32,000 nt of DNA, from assembly GCA_001695645.1 (NCBI GenBank), contig LVZN01000012.1, positions 90,001 to 122,000 of the forward strand, in the 5' to 3' direction. This DNA comes from Erysipelotrichaceae bacterium MTC7 (GTDB lineage: Bacteria > Bacillota_I > Bacilli_A > Erysipelotrichales > Erysipelotrichaceae). The notes beneath the pieces are model-generated. The model saw only the letters and a list, made by a program, of their open reading frames with translations, searched no databases and had not been told where the DNA came from. The translations under genes and the position numbers were made by a program. Positions 7,978 to 14,394 of the stretch are shown here, one piece after another (position 1 is the stretch's first letter; each line of letters starts with the position of its first letter).

Positions 7978-8568
7978 ATGAATAAAGATATTATGAAACA
8001 TCAAATGGATATGCTTAAAATTACACCAAAAGATATCTCAAAACATTTAGATGTCGGTGTCTCAAGCGTTTATCGTTGGTTAGATGGAACAACAAGAAAT
8101 ATTCCACAGGAAAAACAAGATCGTTTAGCAGAAATACTGCAACTTTCTTCACGTGCATTGGATGATGATGCACAAAACTTACTAAAGCCAATTTTAGGCA
8201 ATGTGAAAGCAGGGTATAATTTATATGCAAACGAAGACTTGCTTGGCTATGAAGAAGTCACTGAACTTGAAGCGTCGAAAGGGGATTATTATTTAAAGGT
8301 ACAAGGCGATTCGATGATAGGTGTTGGTATTTTCGATGGTGATCTTGTTTATGTGAAGCAATGCTCAGAAGTGGAAAATCACAAAATTGCTGTGGTATTG
8401 GTTGGGGAAGAAGTGACAATAAAAAAAGTCATCATGAAAGATGACGTCCTTATTTTAGAGGCTGCTAACCAAACTGTATCCAATCGTTTTTTTAATAAAA
8501 ATGAAATTGAAGTCCTACCTGTGCGTATCATAGGACAAGTTCTTCACTCAAAAAGGGATTTTTCCTAA
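7978..8568 (+). CDS. XRE-type HTH fused to an S24 (LexA/UmuD-like) autopeptidase domain; HdiR/CI-like damage-inducible repressor
   Basis: N-terminal HTH (ITPKDISKHLDVGVSSVYRWLDG). Ala-Gly cleavage site in GNVKAGYN. Ser nucleophile in VQGDSMIGVGI and Lys in VTIKKV. It lacks the LexA winged-helix N-terminus. Confidence 0.85.
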   Translation: MNKDIMKHQMDMLKITPKDISKHLDVGVSSVYRWLDGTTRNIPQEKQDRLAEILQLSSRALDDDAQNLLKPILGNVKAGYNLYANEDLLGYEEVTELEASKGDYYLKVQGDSMIGVGIFDGDLVYVKQCSEVENHKIAVVLVGEEVTIKKVIMKDDVLILEAANQTVSNRFFNKNEIEVLPVRIIGQVLHSKRDFS

Positions 8569-9122
8569 TGTGTGGTCGCTTTTTATCACTGAGTAAAGAG
8601 GATTGGCAGGAATTACTACAAGAAGCATATGACGAATCAAAAATCCCACCGATAAGCCAAGATATATATCCTTCACAATCATATTTGGTGAAAACCAACA
8701 CGGGTTTTCAAATGATGCACTGGGGGATTGAACCTTCATGGAAGAAGATGCGTATTATCAATGCGCGTGTTGAGACTGTACAAGAAAAAGCAATGTTCCG
8801 AAAACTTTATCAAGCGCAACGTTGCATCATATACGTCAAAGCGTTTTATGAGTGGGATAAACAAAAACATCAGTATATTGTGGATAAACCTAACGAAAAG
8901 GTGCTCGCATTGGCTGGTTTTTATGAAAAAAAAGAAGGCCAAAGTGAATTTGTTATTATGACACAAGCGGCCCCTAAGTCCTTTATGCATATTCATGATC
9001 GCTTACCGTGTATGTTATACAAAGAAATGCAAACGGCTTATACAAACGGTGTGACTTTAGATAATCAACAATACCAGCAACAACTAGTGAACATTGCATG
9101 GAAAGATATTTCAAATTTGTAG
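8568..9122 (+). CDS. SOS response-associated peptidase (SRAP; YedK/HMCES family)
   Basis: Starts MCGRF with catalytic Cys2. Also has INARVETV, AFYEW (Glu) and IHDRLPCML (His). The start overlaps the repressor stop (TAATG). Confidence 0.85.
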   Translation: MCGRFLSLSKEDWQELLQEAYDESKIPPISQDIYPSQSYLVKTNTGFQMMHWGIEPSWKKMRIINARVETVQEKAMFRKLYQAQRCIIYVKAFYEWDKQKHQYIVDKPNEKVLALAGFYEKKEGQSEFVIMTQAAPKSFMHIHDRLPCMLYKEMQTAYTNGVTLDNQQYQQQLVNIAWKDISNL

Positions 9123-9153
9123 AAGACAAGGTGTGAATGCCGTGTCTTTTTTT
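9123..9153 (+). terminator. Rho-independent terminator after the SRAP gene
   Basis: AAGACA...TGTCTT stem followed by a T7 run (9147-9153). Confidence 0.7.
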
Positions 9154-9159
9154 ATGAAA

Positions 9160-9187
9160 GCAAAATAAAAACCCTACTTGCAGGGTT
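9160..9187 (-). terminator. Rho-independent terminator (minus strand) immediately 3' of the tRNA-Arg fragment
   Basis: Minus strand reads AACCCTGCAAGTAGGGTTTTTATTTT. It resembles the terminator after the intact tRNA-Arg (CCCCTGC...GTAGGGGTTTTTATT). Confidence 0.6.
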
Positions 9188-9197
9188 GATTTGTTAA

Positions 9198-9224
9198 TGG
9201 CGTCCACGAAGGGATTCGAACCCC
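9198..9224 (-). pseudogene. tRNA-Arg 3'-end fragment (T-stem through CCA), not a functional tRNA
   Basis: The reverse complement GGGGTTCGAATCCCTTCGTGGACGCCA is 27/27 identical to 13346-13372 of tRNA-Arg(TCT). The 60 nt upstream on the minus strand (to 9284) retain only faint similarity (GTCCATC, CTTCATTTAGCG) and cannot form D or anticodon arms. Confidence 0.7.
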
Positions 9225-9367
9225 ATATCCGCTAAATGAAGATATGGTAGTGGTTTGCAAATATGTGCGTAATTTGAGATGGACTGAGGTATATGCTGTC
9301 AAATCATTGTGTGATCATTCCAATCAAAGTACAGCATATAACTCATAATTTTGTTACGATTTTGTTT

Positions 9368-9399
9368 CGAAGAAAAAGAAAAACCCTATTTCAAGGGCT
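9368..9399 (-). terminator. Probable terminator after tRNA-Lys
   Basis: Minus strand reads GCCCTTGAAATAGGGTTTTTCTTTTTCT. The stem is short and the T-run is strong. Confidence 0.5.
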
Positions 9400-9410
9400 T
9401 AAAATCAATA

Positions 9411-9486
9411 TGGTGTCCCCGTAGGGATTCGAACCCTAGACCCATTGATTAAGAGTCAATTGCTCTACCAACTGAGCTACGGAGAC
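9411..9486 (-). tRNA. tRNA-Lys (anticodon CTT)
   Basis: Hand-folded cloverleaf: acceptor GTCTCCG/CGGGGAC, D arm GCTC-AGTTGGTA-GAGC, anticodon arm ATTGA-CTCTTAA-TCAAT, T arm TAGGG-TTCGAAT-CCCTA, encoded CCA. 76 nt. Confidence 0.9.
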
Positions 9487-9587
9487 ATGATTGCACGAAT
9501 TGGTGCATTACTATTATATGCTTATTTCTTTGTTAAATCAACCAAAAAATTAGGATAAGTAAAAAACAGTTCCTACATATAATAGAG

Positions 9588-10283
9588 GTGAGTATTATCA
9601 AGGTAAAAGAACTAAAGGTGGATGAAAGACCGAGAGAAAAAGCTTTAAAACATGGAGTTGAAAAATTAAGTAATGTTGAACTACTTGCTGTACTTTTACG
9701 TTGTGGGTATCGCGGTGTATCAGCTATTGAGCTTGCAGATAAACTATTGACTGAAAGCGAAGGCTTGGTCTCACTGTTTTCAATGAGTTTTGAAGAGCTG
9801 ATTAAAATTAAAGGCATTTCCGCAATCAAAGCACTTGAGTTGATGAGTGTGTTCGAATTAAGCAAACGCAGTTCTTTTGCGAAAATCAACAATCAACCAA
9901 TATTTAACAACCCTGATATGGTATATGCGTACTTGAATAAGAAAATTGGCTTAAAGAAACAAGAGCATTTTTATGTGTTGTATTTGAACGTGAAAAATCA
10001 AATCATTCACGAGGCCACTGTCTTTGTTGGGACATTAAATGTAAGTGTGGTCCATCCACGAGAAGTGTTTAAGGCTGCCATTCAAAAACATGCCGCCGCA
10101 ATCATTGTTGCCCACAATCATCCAAGCGGGAGTCCAGAACCAAGCGAACAAGATCTTCAATTAACCAAAAAATTAATCGAAAGTGGTAAAATCATAGGCA
10201 TTCCCATCATTGATCACATCATCGTAGCCCAAAATAACCATTTTAGTTTTATTGAAAATGGTTTGATCCAACATGAAAAATAG
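9588..10283 (+). CDS. radC: RadC-family protein (JAB/MPN domain, UPF0758)
   Basis: IKELKVDERPREKALKHGVEKLSNVELLAVLLRCG, HhH-like IKGISAIKALEL, and JAMM motif HNHPSGSPEPSEQD. The start codon is uncertain: GTG 9588 abuts the only SD-like AGAGG. Confidence 0.88.
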   Translation: MSIIKVKELKVDERPREKALKHGVEKLSNVELLAVLLRCGYRGVSAIELADKLLTESEGLVSLFSMSFEELIKIKGISAIKALELMSVFELSKRSSFAKINNQPIFNNPDMVYAYLNKKIGLKKQEHFYVLYLNVKNQIIHEATVFVGTLNVSVVHPREVFKAAIQKHAAAIIVAHNHPSGSPEPSEQDLQLTKKLIESGKIIGIPIIDHIIVAQNNHFSFIENGLIQHEK

Positions 10284-10360
10284 GAAGATTTGCATTGTGA
10301 ATCTTCCTTTATTAATTGTTCTAGATAGTTTATAATGAAGGTCGTAAGAAAGGAATGTTT

Positions 10361-11215
10361 ATGCCAAAAATTACAAATCGATCAAATGAAACCGCGCGTT
10401 TTAATCGCACGCAAAAAATATTAATTTTTATATGTCTTATTCTAATTACATTCGGCTTTATCACACGTATTGTTGGAGGTAATGCTGCTTCAAAAAGTGG
10501 ATATGATTTATTCACCATGCTTCGTTACTCACTCATTGACCAACCAACGCGTACGGTGGTTAATTTTTCAGAGGATATTAGCAATCTTTGGAGCGTACAA
10601 AGTGAAAATGACGAATTACGTCAAGAAATCGCAAGTCAAAAATTATATAAAACAGAGCTTGAAGATACAAAACGTCGTCTAGCTGAACTAGAAGAGTTAC
10701 AAAAAATTTCAAGTAATGATCAATATGATAGCATTGGAGCAACAGTTATTGCTAGAGATACACAAGGATGGTCAAACATTATGACAATCAATGTTGGAAG
10801 TAATTCGGGTATTGAAAAAGACATGTCAGTCATCAATTCCAAAGGATTAATTGGACGCGTACTTGAAGTACACGCGAACACATCTAAAGTTCAATTGTTG
10901 ACTGCAGAGAAAACGGATTCTCAAGTATCTATCAAGATTGAACTAAGTAAAGAAAAAGCAACAACTGGTTCACTAGAAAAGTTTGATAAAACAACGGGTA
11001 CTTTCACAGCTAACATCTTTGATTCTACTGTTGAAATAAAAAAAGGGATGAGTGTAGTGACTTCTGGTATTGGCGGGCTAACACCATCAGGTATTCTAGT
11101 TGGTGAAGTAAAAGAGGTAGAAAAACTATACAATGCAGAAGGTGTTGAAGTGCGCATCAAACCTGCTGCTGATTTTAATGACTTTACGTACGTAAGTGTC
11201 TTGAAGGTAAAGTAA
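10361..11215 (+). CDS. mreC: Rod shape-determining protein MreC
   Basis: N-terminal TM, coiled-coil (ENDELRQEIASQKLYKTELEDTKRRLAELEEL), then beta-rich domain GLIGRVLEV...VVTSGIGG..P.GILVGEV. ATG 10361 is preferred over the track's 10355 because SD AGAAAGGA ends at 10354. Confidence 0.85.
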   Translation: MPKITNRSNETARFNRTQKILIFICLILITFGFITRIVGGNAASKSGYDLFTMLRYSLIDQPTRTVVNFSEDISNLWSVQSENDELRQEIASQKLYKTELEDTKRRLAELEELQKISSNDQYDSIGATVIARDTQGWSNIMTINVGSNSGIEKDMSVINSKGLIGRVLEVHANTSKVQLLTAEKTDSQVSIKIELSKEKATTGSLEKFDKTTGTFTANIFDSTVEIKKGMSVVTSGIGGLTPSGILVGEVKEVEKLYNAEGVEVRIKPAADFNDFTYVSVLKVK

Positions 11216-11770
11216 ATGATTATCCAATATCTATTTGTATTCGCTTGTTTCTTGATTGATGGGGTTATTGAAACCTGTTTTCCAATAAACTTTGCGATGA
11301 ACAGTGTATACTTTGTTTCATGTTTTGGAGTTTGCGCACTAATCTTAACTATCCGAAAAATGGATTTTATCGATGCCTTGCTGTTATCAATACTAAGTGG
11401 AATGTTCTATGACTTCTTCTTCACAAATTCTTTTTTGGTGTACGCAGTTATTTTTGTTATTTTATGCTTTATTGTTAAAGCATGGCAAAAACATGTGGGT
11501 GAATCGTTACTTGAAAGTATCATTTTAGCGATTTGTTCATTATTTACGATGCAATTATTGACGTATGGGTTGATGTGGTTTACAGGGAGTACACGCGTCA
11601 GTTTCTCTTCGTGGATTTATTATCGAATGTTTTTAACACTAGTTGTTAATGTGGGGTTTGTCATCGTATTGTATTTTTTAACAAACGTTCGCGATGACTA
11701 CTTGCGCATGCGTGATGTGAAAATCAGAAAAGAAGAAAAACTATCAACACGCCGTTTATCAGGGAGGTAG
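11216..11770 (+). CDS. mreD: Rod shape-determining protein MreD (polytopic membrane protein)
   Basis: ATG directly follows the mreC TAA. About five hydrophobic segments. Position and size fit MreD. Confidence 0.75.
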   Translation: MIIQYLFVFACFLIDGVIETCFPINFAMNSVYFVSCFGVCALILTIRKMDFIDALLLSILSGMFYDFFFTNSFLVYAVIFVILCFIVKAWQKHVGESLLESIILAICSLFTMQLLTYGLMWFTGSTRVSFSSWIYYRMFLTLVVNVGFVIVLYFLTNVRDDYLRMRDVKIRKEEKLSTRRLSGR

Positions 11771-11772
11771 AG

Positions 11773-12717
11773 ATGAAAAAAATAATGATTTGTGCTCTAC
11801 TACTCGCAAGTTTTATGGTGAATGGATGCACACGAGTAAATCATCAAATTGCAGTTACGGCATATCCTATTCAATATTTAGTACAACGAATTGGTGAACC
11901 ACATGTAAGTGTAGAAAATCTATCGAGTGATCAGGCGATTCAAACAGCAACGGTTCAAACGGATTATTTGGATATTATCAACGAGAGTGATGCACTTGTT
12001 TTTATTTCAGGAATGGAACCATACTTTGAAATTTATGGTAAGGAAATCCGCAGTGAGGCAAAAAGCTATTTGGACCTGCAAAGTTATGGTTATTACAATA
12101 ATTTTGCGCGATACACAAAAAATACAACGACAGGTGCACTTGTTCAAGAGCCATATTATGAAGGAAACCAATTTGCAAACATTAATACCTATACAAAAGA
12201 TCCATTTATTTGGATGGATCCACTTCAAATGATTTCAGCTTCTGAATCCATACGGGACTATATGATTGGTTTATATCCAGATTTAGAAGAAGAATTTAGA
12301 CAAAACTATGATGCACTGGAAATTGAGTTAACAAATTTGGATGCACAGTTTCAAACGTTAAAAAATCGCGATCTAAGTTTTGCGGCGGTAACACCTAGTT
12401 TTGGTAACTGGCAAAATACATACAACATGCATGTATATCCATTATGTCTTTCTAAGTTTGGTGCAACACCGACAGAAGACCAACTCGAAATTATTGTGCA
12501 ACGACTGCGTGATGATAATGTTCAATACATCTTACACGAACAGAACTTGAATGCAGAGATGGAAAAGCTATTTGAAACAGTTCGTGATGAACTTGGGCTT
12601 ATTTCAGTAGAAGTAAATAACGTATCAGCACTAACAAGTGATGATCGCGAGCAAAATCGTGATTATCTAACAATTATGTACGAAAACTTTAAAGTGCTAG
12701 AAGGAATTGAGAATTAG
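11773..12717 (+). CDS. Lipoprotein with ZnuA/TroA-type (cluster A-I) solute-binding fold, canonical metal ligands substituted
   Basis: Lipobox FMVNGC. Family-typical blocks are AVTAYPIQYLVQRIG, DALVFISGMEPY, DPFIWMDP, and DYLTIMYENFKVL. By-eye alignment places non-ligand residues where His/His/His/Asp(Glu) are expected. No ABC permease or ATPase is adjacent. Confidence 0.7.
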   Translation: MKKIMICALLLASFMVNGCTRVNHQIAVTAYPIQYLVQRIGEPHVSVENLSSDQAIQTATVQTDYLDIINESDALVFISGMEPYFEIYGKEIRSEAKSYLDLQSYGYYNNFARYTKNTTTGALVQEPYYEGNQFANINTYTKDPFIWMDPLQMISASESIRDYMIGLYPDLEEEFRQNYDALEIELTNLDAQFQTLKNRDLSFAAVTPSFGNWQNTYNMHVYPLCLSKFGATPTEDQLEIIVQRLRDDNVQYILHEQNLNAEMEKLFETVRDELGLISVEVNNVSALTSDDREQNRDYLTIMYENFKVLEGIEN

Positions 12718-12718
12718 T

Positions 12719-13183
12719 ATGAAAATTGTTGTTGTAAGTGATTCACACGGAATCCGGTCAAGACTAGATGATGTTTTGGCAGAAAACCAAGATGCAGATT
12801 TATTTTTGCACTGTGGAGATATTTGTCTAGATAGTTATGAGTATCCGCAGTTTGTGACGGTAACAGGGAATAATGATTATTATGATTATCCAAGTGAATT
12901 GGTTTTAAATGTTCCACACCATCGCATCATTATGTTTCATTCGCATTTGTTTGGATATTTCAATCGCGATAAACAAATGATTAAAAAAGCGAAAGAAAAG
13001 GGTTGTGATATCATATGCTACGGTCACACGCATATTGCAGATTATCGTAACATACATGATATGTATATTTTAAATCCTGGTTCTTTACAGATGTCACGAG
13101 ATGGAAAAGATCCATCATACGCCATCATGTATATTGATGAGCAAACAGGAGCGATTCAAGTAGAGTTTCGCTTTGTCGCATAG
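12719..13183 (+). CDS. YfcE/MJ0936-family metallophosphoesterase (YsnB-like)
   Basis: Motifs VVSDSHG, HCGD, GNNDYY, FHSH and GHTH. ATG 12719 (MKIVVVSD) is preferred over the track's 12707. Confidence 0.85.
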   Translation: MKIVVVSDSHGIRSRLDDVLAENQDADLFLHCGDICLDSYEYPQFVTVTGNNDYYDYPSELVLNVPHHRIIMFHSHLFGYFNRDKQMIKKAKEKGCDIICYGHTHIADYRNIHDMYILNPGSLQMSRDGKDPSYAIMYIDEQTGAIQVEFRFVA

Positions 13184-13295
13184 AAAAGTGTTTGCTAAAT
13201 CATAAAAGTTTGCTTTACGCGTATGCGAAATCCAAACTGAGCAAAAGAATTGCTTGCCAAAGATATGATTCTTTGTTATTATGATTTAGCATTAT

Positions 13296-13372
13296 GTCTA
13301 CGTAGCTCAGTCGGATAGAGCATACGCCTTCTAAGCGTACGGTCAGGGGTTCGAATCCCTTCGTGGACGCCA
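13296..13372 (+). tRNA. tRNA-Arg (anticodon TCT)
   Basis: Hand-folded cloverleaf: acceptor GTCTACG/CGTGGAC, D arm GCTC-AGTCGGATA-GAGC, anticodon arm TACGC-CTTCTAA-GCGTA, T arm AGGGG-TTCGAAT-CCCTT, discriminator G, encoded CCA. Upstream promoter TTGCCA-17-TATTAT. Confidence 0.92.
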
Positions 13373-13383
13373 TTATATAAATT

Positions 13384-13422
13384 ACCCCTGCGTACGCTTG
13401 TATGTAGGGGTTTTTATTATTT
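13384..13422 (+). terminator. Rho-independent terminator after tRNA-Arg
   Basis: ACCCCT (13384-13389) pairs with AGGGGT (13406-13411), then TTTTATTATTTT. Confidence 0.7.
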
Positions 13423-13493
13423 TACAGTCTGTAATCAAATACAGTAGGATTTGTAAAAAAAGTAAACTTTTTCAATTAATTGTTTCTATCCAC

Positions 13494-13522
13494 TTGACAA
13501 GGTAAGGATAATGAAATATAGT
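13494..13522 (+). promoter_or_regulatory. Sigma-A promoter upstream of the hypothetical-tig block
   Basis: TTGACA (13494-13499), 17-nt spacer, TATAGT (13517-13522). The hexamers and spacing are the same as at the hrcA promoter (31076-31104). Confidence 0.6.
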
Positions 13523-13523
13523 A

Positions 13524-13550
13524 ATAGCACTCTACTAGTGAAAGTGCTAA
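13524..13550. promoter_or_regulatory. CIRCE (HrcA operator) element
   Basis: ATAGCACTC-N9-AAGTGCTAA matches consensus TTAGCACTC-N9-GAGTGCTAA at 16/18 with exact 9-nt spacing. It starts 2 nt after the -10 hexamer. Confidence 0.7.
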
Positions 13551-13648
13551 AATGTAGAAGTTACCCCTTAAAATCAAATGAAGTTGATTCAAGGCGTATC
13601 AGTTTATTATTTATAGTACATCTTGTATAATATCAAAGAGGAAAATGT

Positions 13649-14374
13649 ATGGATTATTATGATCGCTTACTTAATGATGCAAAAGCACTCATTAAAGATG
13701 AAAAGTTTACTGAAGCAAAGCAATTGCTCGAAGTTGAGTTAAAGATGCCTTATGTTCCATTGCAATATGAAGAAACGTATCAAGAATTATTTCGATATTG
13801 CAATCAACAACTTGCAAGCGAATTAAAAACTAAGAAATACGACTACGAAGATATTGAAGCATTGTTATTTGGAAGTGTGGATCAAGCAAGTATGGCTTGT
13901 GAAATTCTTGCTTCAAGTAATGTTCGTCAACACCTTGAATTGGTGGAACGTTATTTAAGTGACAATCCAAATGTTTTGATTCGAACGTTGTTAATTGAAA
14001 TCCTTATTGATCAAAACATACACGAAGAAATCAAGCTAAACTATGATGGCTTGCGTGTAGAGTTTATCGCTGCTTATGTTGAGCCTGTTGCTGAACGTGA
14101 GAGCACAGAAATCATGGTAAATATGCTTAGCGATGCATTTGCAAATGATAACCCCACATTTTACAAAATGTGTATTGATAGTTTAGTGAAAGAATTGTAT
14201 TTCAGACTCCCATTTAGCGTCGAGGAGGAAGAAACAACATACCTTGTCACTGCAATTGTTGCTTATGTATATGAATCTTTGGGTGATGAAGCCCAATTTG
14301 ATGCGTATATAAGCGAAAAAGACCTTGCAAAGTATGTGGGTTATGACTTAAAATTGAAAGAGTATCGTGTTTAA
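13649..14374 (+). CDS. Hypothetical helical protein (TPR-like N-terminus), upstream partner of tig
   Basis: SD AGAGGA at 13637-13642. The 241-aa acidic helical protein has no catalytic motif I recognise. Confidence 0.65.
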   Translation: MDYYDRLLNDAKALIKDEKFTEAKQLLEVELKMPYVPLQYEETYQELFRYCNQQLASELKTKKYDYEDIEALLFGSVDQASMACEILASSNVRQHLELVERYLSDNPNVLIRTLLIEILIDQNIHEEIKLNYDGLRVEFIAAYVEPVAERESTEIMVNMLSDAFANDNPTFYKMCIDSLVKELYFRLPFSVEEEETTYLVTAIVAYVYESLGDEAQFDAYISEKDLAKYVGYDLKLKEYRV

Positions 14375-14394
14375 ACACTGGAGGTTAAAAAATT

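Noticed and set aside
9198-9284. An 87-nt functional class II or unusual tRNA on the minus strand
   Set aside because: Only the T arm, 3' acceptor strand and CCA are intact. No D arm (GCTC...GAGC) and no 5-bp/7-nt anticodon arm can be drawn. The 7-bp CCATATC/GATATGG helix invades the T stem.
13511-13630. 39-codon ORF starting inside the 13494 promoter
   Set aside because: Its ATG lies between the -35 and -10 hexamers, so it would not be on the transcript from that promoter. No conservation signal can be assessed.
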